From an uncultured candidatus Porisulfidus sp. (GTDB lineage: Bacteria; Pseudomonadota; Gammaproteobacteria; Poriferisulfidales; Poriferisulfidaceae): a stretch of DNA of 64,000 nt. Made by a program: the position numbers and the translations under genes. The stretch spans positions 832,001 through 896,000 of the forward strand of contig OZ241993.1 of the NCBI GenBank assembly GCA_965204575.1. Direction: 5' to 3'. The notes beneath the pieces were generated by a model. It had not been told where the DNA came from. It worked only from the letters and a program-made list of their open reading frames with translations, and searched no databases. Each line of letters starts with the position of its first letter. The first letter of the stretch is position 1. Below, piece by piece: positions 17,888 to 28,878 of this stretch.

Positions 17888-18961
17888 TCAACCCAGTGCG
17901 CAGGGGTAGGAGCCCAGGATCTTGCAGAACGCGGCAGCCTCGTGCAGGCTTTCCAGCGCCTGTGCCACCTGGGGATCCTGCTTGTGGCCCCGGATGTCCA
18001 GGAAGAACACGTATTCCCAGTTGATGGCCTGCGTGGGGCGCGACTCGATGCGGGTCAGGTCGATCCCGGCATCGGCCAGCGGATGCAGCAGTCCCAGCAG
18101 CGCGCCGGGCTGGTTGTGTGCCGACACCAGCACGCTGGTCTTGTCCTCGCCGGAGGGTGCCTGGTCGTGCTTGCCGAGTATCAGGAACCGGGTCCGGTTG
18201 TTCGGGTTGTCCTCGATGTTGGCGGCCAGGATCTTCAGGTCGTACTGTTCCGCCGCGGCGCGCGAGGCGATGGCCGCGGTATCGGCATGATCGGCGGCAT
18301 AGCGGGCGGCGGCGGCGTTGCTGGCGTCGTTGATGCGGTCCAGGCCCGGCAACGCCCGGTCCAGCCACTGCCGGCACTGGGCCAGGGCCTGCGGGTGCGC
18401 GCGCACGCCCCGCAGGGCCGAGCGGTCCTCGCTGGAAGCCAGCAGGTGGTGGTGGACCGCCAGTTCGACTTCGCCGGCGATCTTCAGCGGCGACTCGATG
18501 AACCGGTCCAGCGTATGCGCGACCACGCCGTCGGTGGAATTCTCGACCGGCACCACGCCGTATTCGGACTGGCCGCTCTCCACCTCGCGGAATACCTCGG
18601 CGACGTTGTCGTGCGGGGTGATGTCCGCGGCATGGCCGAAGTGACGCCGGGCGGCCTGGTGGGTGAACGTGCCTTCCGGGCCGAGGTAGGCAACCCGGAT
18701 CGGGCGCTCCAGCGCCAGGCAGGCCGACATGATTTCACGGAACAGGCGCATCATCCCGTCGTCCGACAGGGGGCCGGGATTGGTCTCGCGAATGCGGCGC
18801 AGGACCTGCGCTTCGCGCGCAGGGTCGTAGAACGCGCCGCCTGCTTCCTTGGCGCGTGCCGTCTCCAGCGCCAGCGCCGCACGACGGCTGATGCGCTCCA
18901 TGATTTCGGCGTCCAGCGCATCGATCTGCTGCCGGGCCGATTCCAGCTCGTTGTTCTTCAT
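17888..18961 (-). CDS. pheA: Chorismate mutase/prephenate dehydratase (P-protein)
   Basis: RQQIDALD CM domain, YLGPEGTF, PVENS, NRTRF, LTRIESRP; start at ATG 18961. Confidence 0.96.
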   Translation of the reverse strand: MKNNELESARQQIDALDAEIMERISRRAALALETARAKEAGGAFYDPAREAQVLRRIRETNPGPLSDDGMMRLFREIMSACLALERPIRVAYLGPEGTFTHQAARRHFGHAADITPHDNVAEVFREVESGQSEYGVVPVENSTDGVVAHTLDRFIESPLKIAGEVELAVHHHLLASSEDRSALRGVRAHPQALAQCRQWLDRALPGLDRINDASNAAAARYAADHADTAAIASRAAAEQYDLKILAANIEDNPNNRTRFLILGKHDQAPSGEDKTSVLVSAHNQPGALLGLLHPLADAGIDLTRIESRPTQAINWEYVFFLDIRGHKQDPQVAQALESLHEAAAFCKILGSYPCALG

Positions 18962-20023
18962 GTTTTGCGTTCGAAATCCCGCATGAATTCGACCAGGGCT
19001 TCCGCCCCGGCTACAGGCATGGCATTGTACAGGCTCGCCCGCATTCCGCCGGTCACTTTGTGGCCGCGCAGCCCGGCCAGGCCGGCGGCCTCGGCCTGTT
19101 GCAGGAAGGCGGCTTCCAGCCCCGAGTCTGCCAGGGTGAAGCAGACGTTCATGCGCGAGCGGGCCCGGGGGGCGATGGCGTTCGCATAGAGCGAACTGGC
19201 GTCGATGCAGTCGTACACGAGACTCGCGCGGGTCCGGGCGCGCCGTTCCATTTCCTCCAACCCGCCCTGGTCGCGAATCCAATGCAGCATCAGTGCGCTG
19301 ACGTACCAGGCATAGATGGGGGGCGTGTGATAAAGACAGCCGGTGCGGGCCTGGGCCGCGTAGGACAGGCCCGGGGCCAGTCCGGTCTCCTCGCGAAGGC
19401 AGTCGCGCCGAACCACCAGCACCGTCAGGCCGGCCGTGCCGAAGTTTTTCTGGCTGCCGGCATAGCACAGCGCATACGGGCGGATGTCGAACGGCCCGCT
19501 CAGGAAATCCGAGGTGCGGTCGCAGACCAGGGGGCAGGCCGCCTGCGGGGCCGGCATCGCCAGACCGGTCAGCGTCTCATTGGAGACGTAATGCAGGAAG
19601 GCCAGTCCATCCGTATCCGCCGGTGCGAGGCCGGGATAGTCCGCCGGGTCCGGCGAATCCGGCAGCACGCGGATTTCGCGGAGTTTTCTCGCCTGCTCGA
19701 TCGCCTGTCGGGACCAGAAACCCGAGTCGACCAGTCCGACCCGGTCGCCTGGGGCGCTCAGGTTCTGCACCCACAAGGTGTAGTGCACCCGCGCGCCGCC
19801 GTTCAGGAACAGCACCGCGTAGTCGTCGGGAAGTGCGAGCAGGGCGCGCAGATCGGCTTCCGCCTGTTCCGCGATGGCGCCGAAATCCGGGCCGCGGTGG
19901 CTCAACTCCAGGATGGAGCGGCCGTGCGGGGGGAAGGAACGGACGGCCTCGGCGGCCTCGGCGACGACTTCCGGCGGAAGCTGGGCCGGTCCGGGCGCGT
20001 AGTTGTAGCGGGCTGGGGCTCCC

Positions 20024-20034
<11 letters not shown>
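18958..20034 (-). CDS. serC: Phosphoserine aminotransferase
   Basis: [40 protein letters not shown]; start uncertain (TTG 20034 assumed). Confidence 0.93.
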
Positions 20035-22606
<2,572 letters not shown>

Positions 22607-22667
22607 TCTGAGGGGGTTTTCCTTGGGTAAAAATACGTGGGAATTTGGGCTGAAATTCAATCAAACA

Positions 22668-22676
22668 ATTTTACCA
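22668..22676 (-). promoter_or_regulatory. Putative extended -10 promoter for gyrA
   Basis: TGgTAAAAT on the minus strand about 60 nt upstream of gyrA. Confidence 0.45.
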
Positions 22677-22810
22677 GAAATCGCGGTTTTCTGCACCTTT
22701 TCCAAGGGGGCCAAAAAGGCTGCCGGAAGGGGGGCCCAGAGGGCATGGGAGAGGGCTTCAGCGCCGCGATAAATCGGCCTGAATTCAGGCTTTTCCGGGG
22801 ACCTGGGGGA

Positions 22811-22887
22811 TGGTGGCTATGGGTGGACTCGAACCACCGACCTTGGCATTATGAGTGCCACGCTCTAACCAGCTGAGCTACATAGCC
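22811..22887 (-). tRNA. tRNA-Met (CAT), elongator type
   Basis: GGCTATGTAGCTCAGCTGGTTAGAGC..CTCATAA..GGTTCGAGTCC..ATAGCCACCA folds as a cloverleaf with encoded CCA. A TATAAT box with GC-rich discriminator lies at 22900-22905. Confidence 0.95.
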
Positions 22888-22965
22888 AGGTGCGCGCGCA
22901 TTATATATGCGATTGGGGCAGGTTTGAGCCGGTGCCTTCAAATCCCGACTGCCGGATAAAGGATT

Positions 22966-23187
22966 TCAACCTTTCGGAGGATACGGGTCTTCGCCGTATG
23001 TGTTGCGCTCCCTGATCTGCCCGTTTTCTCGATGGACAAACATCTCGCTTTTGTTTTTAATTGCGATCTCTCTGGCGGTTTCAATCGCTTCTCTCTGTGT
23101 CCGATGGGTCGAGGTGGCGCGCTGATTCCCTTCACCCTTGACGGCCCACTCCCCATCGTGAGGAACAACAGGTTGATTTTCAGCCAT
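22966..23187 (-). CDS. DUF2188-family small protein
   Basis: VVPHDGEWAVKGEGN.RAT..TQREAI..ARE..HRENGQIRERNTYGEDPYPPKG pattern; GGAG RBS. Confidence 0.85.
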   Translation of the reverse strand: MAENQPVVPHDGEWAVKGEGNQRATSTHRTQREAIETAREIAIKNKSEMFVHRENGQIRERNTYGEDPYPPKG

Positions 23188-23235
23188 AATTTACTCCATT
23201 CCAGTAGGAATTTCCTGTCGTCATCTTAGCAGTAA

Positions 23236-23272
23236 GGTTGAATTATATGATGTTATAATGCGTTTGTCAACC
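23236..23272. promoter_or_regulatory. Overlapping divergent promoters within a palindrome
   Basis: Minus strand: TTGACA(23270-23265)-17 nt-TATAAT(23247-23242). Plus strand: TGtTATAAT at 23251-23259. Flanked by GGTTGA/TCAACC. Confidence 0.75.
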
Positions 23273-23324
23273 AACTTCCCAAGAGGGAAGGCGGTGTGGC
23301 AAAATCCATCAATAAGGCAAGACG

Positions 23325-23567
23325 ATGCATAAGGAATTACAAATAAAGGAAGTGGTTGATGGTCATGGCACGGCTATTTTCCATCAGAAAAAATTTCATA
23401 TTGGACCAGAAAGCTCACACCACAAAGAAAAGGGCTACGGTGGACAAACTTTCACCATCAGATTCAATGACGGGTTTGTTGTTAAAACAACTAATTTGAA
23501 TGATTGCGGCAAATGTAATTTGCCGGACAACGCAGAATTCGCAGGACCAAGAAGATTGCCCTTCTGA
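23325..23567 (+). CDS. Hypothetical protein (80 aa)
   Basis: ATG ORF in an AT-rich stretch, downstream of the plus-strand promoter and co-oriented with the XRE-ImmA gene. Confidence 0.55.
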   Translation: MHKELQIKEVVDGHGTAIFHQKKFHIGPESSHHKEKGYGGQTFTIRFNDGFVVKTTNLNDCGKCNLPDNAEFAGPRRLPF

Positions 23568-23615
23568 CCTTTCGATTTTGCTACATTCTTACCTAAAAAA
23601 CTACGGAAACATTCT

Positions 23616-24698
23616 ATGTTTGGACAAAGACTCAGGCTAGCCCGGAAAAAGTCCGGGCTTTCAATGCGTGCACTCGCGGACTGCGTTACTCCCAAAATCA
23701 CGGCACAAGCCATCAGCAAATACGAGGCCGGAAAGATGATGCCGTCTTCGGCTGTTCTGGTCGGGCTTGGAAAGGCGCTCGACGTGCCGCTCGACTTCTT
23801 GATGTCCGATCAGGTCGTCTCGTTGGACAAAATAAACTTCCGCAAGCATTCGGGCACATCGGCACGAGACCGGGCCGTCGCTGAGGCGCTCGTAACCGAA
23901 AAGCTTGAAAACTATCTGGTCATTGAGGATATCTTGGATCTAGGCTCGCAGCCGGACCCTCTGGAGAGTTTGCGGTGCGACCGGGTTGGCAGCTTGGAGG
24001 AAGTTGAAGCAAAAGCGGAAGAAGTGCGACAGGCGTGGGGGCTGGGCACTGACCCGATTTCCAGCATGACCGGTCTTCTGGAAGACAAGGGAGTTAAAGT
24101 GATCGAAGCAAACCTTCCAAAACGATTCGATGGCCTTGCCTGCGACGTGAAATGTGGTGGCAGGCATGCGGATACCCAAGTGGTGGTGATTTCAAGCCAC
24201 ACCAATGTTGAGCGCAAACGGTTTAACCTTGCGCACGAATTGGCGCATCGAGTCATTCGAGAAACTGGCAATCCGGCGATCAGCATAGAAAAGGCCGTGG
24301 ATCGTTTTGCCGGAGCTTTTCTCGTTCCTGCGGAACACCTGCGCGAGGAAGTCGGCGAATGTCGCCGCGGCGTGACTTACCATGAAATTATTCGCCTGAA
24401 GCACACCTATGGCGTTTCGGCAGCCGCCATGCTTGTCCGCTTGGGCCAGACCGGCATTCTGCCCCAAACCGTCGTTGATTATGCATTCCGGAGTTACGCA
24501 CGGTCTTGGCGTACGAACGAACCGAAGCCGATGGGTGAGGGTGAAGGGTTTGCCGCATTTGAAACGCCGGGGCGGTTCGAGAGGCTGAGTTGGCGGGCTC
24601 TGGGCGAGCAATTGATTTCGCCATTACGTGCCGCGCAGTTGCTGGACCTCTCGCTGGACGAAGTCGAGCGTGAGATCAGGGGGCCTTGTGTCCAGTGA
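23616..24698 (+). CDS. XRE HTH fused to ImmA/IrrE (M78) zinc metallopeptidase
   Basis: FGQRLRLAR..ISKYEAGKMMP HTH; RKRFNLAHELAH (HExxH); EKAVDRFAGAFLVP; YGVSAAAM. Confidence 0.92.
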   Translation: MFGQRLRLARKKSGLSMRALADCVTPKITAQAISKYEAGKMMPSSAVLVGLGKALDVPLDFLMSDQVVSLDKINFRKHSGTSARDRAVAEALVTEKLENYLVIEDILDLGSQPDPLESLRCDRVGSLEEVEAKAEEVRQAWGLGTDPISSMTGLLEDKGVKVIEANLPKRFDGLACDVKCGGRHADTQVVVISSHTNVERKRFNLAHELAHRVIRETGNPAISIEKAVDRFAGAFLVPAEHLREEVGECRRGVTYHEIIRLKHTYGVSAAAMLVRLGQTGILPQTVVDYAFRSYARSWRTNEPKPMGEGEGFAAFETPGRFERLSWRALGEQLISPLRAAQLLDLSLDEVEREIRGPCVQ

Positions 24699-25206
24699 TC
24701 GTGTTGTCGTTTGTGATTCATCGTGCTTGATTCACCTGCGCAAGGGAAAAGTCACCGTCGCGACGATGGAGTTGCCCTATCGGTTTGTCATTCCCTACCC
24801 AATACGTGAAGATGAATTGCTTTCTTTCACAGCTAGGGAAAAGAGGCGATTGGAGAGCAAGGGTCTTGAAACGTATGACCTCCCGGGAGACCAGACGGCG
24901 GAAGCCTTTGCGCTGAAGAGCCGGCATCCAGGGTTGTCGGCTTATGACTGCTTCGCCTTCGTGGCGGCAAAACACCATGAAGGCAGCATCTTGTTGACCG
25001 GTGATGGAAGTCTGCGTCACATTGCTGAAAAAAATCAGATGGAAGTACACGGGGTGCTCTGGATTACTGACGAATTGGAGGCCGCTGGAGTATGTGACGG
25101 AGTTTCGCTGATTAAGGCACTTGAAGCTTGGAAGAACGACGAAACGGTTTTCCTTCCGAATGACGAAATCGAGCAAAGACTTCGCCATTTTCGAAGTAAA
25201 CACTAA
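24688..25206 (+). CDS. PIN-domain ribonuclease (DUF3368/VapC-like)
   Basis: VVCDSSCLI, EDELL, LSAYDC, LLTGDGSLR, VHGVLW motifs; GTG start overlaps the upstream stop. Confidence 0.85.
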   Translation: MSSDRVVVCDSSCLIHLRKGKVTVATMELPYRFVIPYPIREDELLSFTAREKRRLESKGLETYDLPGDQTAEAFALKSRHPGLSAYDCFAFVAAKHHEGSILLTGDGSLRHIAEKNQMEVHGVLWITDELEAAGVCDGVSLIKALEAWKNDETVFLPNDEIEQRLRHFRSKH

Positions 25207-25259
25207 TTACAATCCGGATAGTTTAGGCCACGCTCTATGACATTCGGTTTGGCCGCTAT

Positions 25260-25925
25260 TTAGGCTTCGCCGCAATACGCTAGCACGACGACCCGCGGAG
25301 AAGTGATGACGAATACCGACATGCGCTGCCCGTCCTTGAGAGTGGCTTCTCCGGAGTTCAGGTCGATCTCGACGTCCTGAAATCCTAAGAATTGCCCGGT
25401 TTTCGAATTGAAGGCCTTGTAGACGGCCTCTTTGGCACAGAACAGGACCCGGCTTTGAAGGAGGTCAGGGTTGTACCGGCGCTGTTCGCCGGGGGTTGAG
25501 ATCTCTTCCATCACCTTGGGCGGCAAGGGTTCCGCCGGTTCGACATCGATGCCGATGAAAGACGAACCGTCGGAGTGCATCACGGCGGCCACGGCCACGT
25601 CCCTGTCATGGGCGAGGGAGCCGGCCACGCCGTCCGGCCACCTGGGTGCGCCGTTCGGCAACCGGGGCAACTCGGCGTCGGGCAGGCCCAGTTGTTCCAG
25701 GAGCTGCCGCGCCAATATCCGGACCGCGCCACTCTGCCTGAGAACCTTGAGGGTGGCTTTCTCGCGGCCTGCGCGCTCGGCGGGCAAGAGCGCATGCTCG
25801 TCTCCCGGCGTGATGATGCGATGGCCCAGCAACAAGCCGGGTGCCTGCAATGTTTTCAGGGCTTGCGCCAGCAGAGGGTCGACCACCGGCTCGAAGTCGG
25901 GAGATTCTGCTTTTCTCTCAGGCAC
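25260..25925 (-). CDS. 4'-phosphopantetheinyl transferase (EntD/Sfp-like)
   Basis: GAPRWP..GSLAH, IGIDVE, FCAKEAVYKA motifs; GTG start overlapping the UDG stop. Confidence 0.88.
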   Translation of the reverse strand: MPERKAESPDFEPVVDPLLAQALKTLQAPGLLLGHRIITPGDEHALLPAERAGREKATLKVLRQSGAVRILARQLLEQLGLPDAELPRLPNGAPRWPDGVAGSLAHDRDVAVAAVMHSDGSSFIGIDVEPAEPLPPKVMEEISTPGEQRRYNPDLLQSRVLFCAKEAVYKAFNSKTGQFLGFQDVEIDLNSGEATLKDGQRMSVFVITSPRVVVLAYCGEA

Positions 25926-26586
25926 TCGCGGGTCGCTCCCTTCCCGACATGTGTTCCTCCATCCCATAAAGCCGGGACACGCCTTCGGCGAATGCCGCCT
26001 GCCCTCCATAGCTGGGATGTCGCACCGAGTGGTGGTCCAATCCGAATTCATCCAGCGTGTCGTGGGCATCTCTCCCGATGGCGACGATTCGATGGGGCTG
26101 AAGGGCGTCCAGCAGGGCGAAGAACAAATCCTGGCAGGTTTGGCGTTCGGCCCGAGTGTGGCGACGGTTGGACAGGGGCTTGCCGGGCTCGAACGGGTGG
26201 AGGGGGAAGATGTTCCAGAGGAAGACCGGCTGATCCATCTGGGCCAGCATCTTCCAGACCACGGCCGCAGTGCGTTCGGCAACGGGCAGATCCTTGGTGG
26301 CGCGGCGCAGGGAGAGGCCGCCGTAGGCCCGGGAAAGGGCCGGGAGATGTTCTTCGTCGGTCAGCGGCAGTCCGGTGCGGCGGCCGCCGCGGTAGCCAAG
26401 GTCCCGGGCGACCCAGAGGGAATCGACACGCATGCGAATCGCTGCATCAAGCAGGGTGCGCAAATTGGTACGCCGGCGGCGGTCCGCGTCGGCCCGGTCG
26501 CACAGGTCGCATCGCTCGCCATACGGATTGAAGACTCCGTCGAGGCGGATGCGGCTCAGGGTCTTGACGAAAGAGTGGGGGGTCAT
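25918..26586 (-). CDS. Uracil-DNA glycosylase superfamily protein
   Basis: VFNPY, GYRGGRRTGLPLTDE, WNIFPLHP, IVAIGR, VRHPSYGG motifs. Confidence 0.82.
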   Translation of the reverse strand: MTPHSFVKTLSRIRLDGVFNPYGERCDLCDRADADRRRRTNLRTLLDAAIRMRVDSLWVARDLGYRGGRRTGLPLTDEEHLPALSRAYGGLSLRRATKDLPVAERTAAVVWKMLAQMDQPVFLWNIFPLHPFEPGKPLSNRRHTRAERQTCQDLFFALLDALQPHRIVAIGRDAHDTLDEFGLDHHSVRHPSYGGQAAFAEGVSRLYGMEEHMSGRERPASA

Positions 26587-26693
26587 GGATTCATCATTAC
26601 CGCCACCTGCCGAAATGCAGACGTGTAGTACCTACAAATCATAGAATTCTGGTATCCGAAATACATACGGACCTCCTTCGTCAAGAGACATTT

Positions 26694-27023
26694 TTATCGG
26701 CAGGCAAAGAGATATTCTCTTATTTTGCAGTAATCGTGACCAAATATGTCAACCGCATCTTTCATGTAGTTAACACATCGGCTACTGACTAGGACCGCTG
26801 GTTTTTTGAATTGTTGGCACCCTCTCTGACCTTCAGCAATTATCGATTGTTCGGATGGCCATTCCTCAAATAGGTTGCCGCTCGCGGCATTGATCGCCTG
26901 AACGCGGACGAGTCGGTCGGCGAGTGATATGTCGCTAATGGCTGGTGGTTCTGCTGTCCCGGTGCAACCTGCTAGAAAGACAAACACGGACACACAAATT
27001 GTGATACTACTTTGTTTGCTCAT
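26694..27023 (-). CDS. Putative lipoprotein, Cys-rich
   Basis: Lipobox FLAG-C; four further Cys residues; AT-richer than the flanks. Confidence 0.7.
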   Translation of the reverse strand: MSKQSSITICVSVFVFLAGCTGTAEPPAISDISLADRLVRVQAINAASGNLFEEWPSEQSIIAEGQRGCQQFKKPAVLVSSRCVNYMKDAVDIFGHDYCKIREYLFACR

Positions 27024-27246
27024 TTATGCCGAAAAGTCCGGTAGGGTTGTTAAATGAAATTTGCTGCAACGTAGATGATGCTAGTAAGTTCAAAGGCTAA
27101 GGGCGATTCTTGGGGGTTGTTTATCCGCATGATACCAGTAGGTCGCTATTTTTTCACGCAGAGGGTCAGAAGGGCTAAATCTCGCATCCGTCTAAAATCC
27201 GTTCACCACGTCAGTCCGGGTTCGCCATCGACACCGGCAGATCGGC

Positions 27247-28305
27247 ATGGATGCAAAGACGCAACAACCGCTTTCCGACCCCATCCCCTTCGCGTTCGAA
27301 GGGCGCGCCGAGGATTATTTCGCGATCTGGATCGTGAACCTGCTGTTCACGATTCTCACGCTTGGAGTGTATTCGGCTTGGGCAAAAGTCCGCCGGCTCC
27401 AGTTCTTCTACGGCAACACCCGCTTGGCGGGCGACGGGTTCAGTTACCTGGCGCGTCCCGTCGTCCTGTTGCGCGCCCGGCTTCTGGTGGCCGCCGTCCT
27501 GTCACTTTACATTGCGGCCCTCTGGTTTTCTCCTCCGGTCGGTTTCTTGCTGACCCTCGGGTTCATCCCTGTCTACCCTTGGGTCATTCACCGTTCGCTG
27601 CGCTTCAATAGCCGCATGACGGCATGGCGCACCGTGCGATTTGACTGGCACGGGACCTATCCGCAGGCATTCAAGGTATTCGTCCTGTGGCCGGTCGCCA
27701 GCATCCTGACGCTGGGTATTGCGTTTCCCCTTGCCGCCCGCGCCATGCGCGAGTACGTTGCCAACAGCCAGGCGTTCGGGCATGCGAGGTTTTCGGCGCG
27801 CACGGGTGTTGCGGAGTATTACCTTGCCGCAGGAGTGACGCTCTTGGTCTTCCTGTTCGGTGGCAGCGTCATTGCGGCCGTGCTCGGTGTCGTTCTGGCA
27901 TTGCTGGGATTCGGGCTGGCGTCGGAGGCTTTCGTCATCGGGGGGGCCGAGCTGATCGCCTTGCTGGCCGCGCCGCTGGCAGCCTATGCCGGGGGCGAGT
28001 TGTTCATGGTCTTGACGCGAAACATCATCGTCAACCGGCTTGTCCTGCAACCGGGACATCACTTCGGTTGCAGCCTGTCCGGCGCCACGATCATCTGGAT
28101 CAGCGTGACCAACATGCTGGCCATCCTGTTTTCGCTGGGATTGCTGTGGCCGTGGGCGCAGGTGCGGCGCTGGCGCTACCTGGCCGAAGCCATGGCCCTG
28201 AGGCCGGTCGGGTCGCTGGAGCACTTCATCGATTCGCAGCATGCCGCGGGAGTCGCCGTCGCCTCCGAATACGCGGATATTGAAGGCTACGAGGTCGGGT
28301 TGTGA
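27247..28305 (+). CDS. YjgN/DUF898 inner membrane protein
   Basis: FEGRAEDYFAIWIVNLLFTILTLGVYSAWAKVR and SLGLLWPWAQVR signatures. Confidence 0.92.
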   Translation: MDAKTQQPLSDPIPFAFEGRAEDYFAIWIVNLLFTILTLGVYSAWAKVRRLQFFYGNTRLAGDGFSYLARPVVLLRARLLVAAVLSLYIAALWFSPPVGFLLTLGFIPVYPWVIHRSLRFNSRMTAWRTVRFDWHGTYPQAFKVFVLWPVASILTLGIAFPLAARAMREYVANSQAFGHARFSARTGVAEYYLAAGVTLLVFLFGGSVIAAVLGVVLALLGFGLASEAFVIGGAELIALLAAPLAAYAGGELFMVLTRNIIVNRLVLQPGHHFGCSLSGATIIWISVTNMLAILFSLGLLWPWAQVRRWRYLAEAMALRPVGSLEHFIDSQHAAGVAVASEYADIEGYEVGL

Positions 28306-28766
28306 GCGTACGCGGGAAGTTGTACCAGGGGGGCACCACGTTGGCCCGCGAAGCGGCGCTCACCCGAACTGAAGGCGGGGAGTTCACCGCGGTCGTGGTC
28401 TCGGAAGGCAAGACCGTTTTTCTTGGCCACATGCGGGGCGTGACGGCCCGCGTCGCGGGTTCCGACCGGCTGATCTACTTTTCCAACGATTTCGCGTTCA
28501 GCACGGACGACCACGAGGGGCTTGACGCGCTGTTGCCGGAAGGGCAAGCACGGCGAAACCGCCTCCTCGTGTTTTTCGAGCAGACCCGTATTGGCTACAT
28601 GGTGGCTTTGGCCGTCCTGTTGATCGGTCTGGTGGTGGCTTATCAGATCTTTCCAGCTTGGTTTTCCGAGATGCTGGAGGGCCTGATCCATTTCGAGTTC
28701 ATCCCGTTCGAATTCGACCGGGACGAAGGGGCCTGGGCGATTCATGTGCTGGACGTTCGGATATGA
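28302..28766 (+). pseudogene. Truncated YjgN partner (N-terminal domain and TM helix of the usual M48 peptidase)
   Basis: Overlaps the yjgN stop, as the usual M48 partner does. Ends shortly after the TM helix with no HExxH; further stops follow, then the RecQ-UvrD gene. Confidence 0.55.
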
Positions 28767-28878
28767 TTTGCTTCCGGGCTGAAGGATGAAAGATCAGCAT
28801 AGCCGCGATCTGATGCAATGCGAGGGTCGGTTGTGAGAAGTATGGGTATGGCTTCTCCTGAGTGGAAGCAAATTTGAG

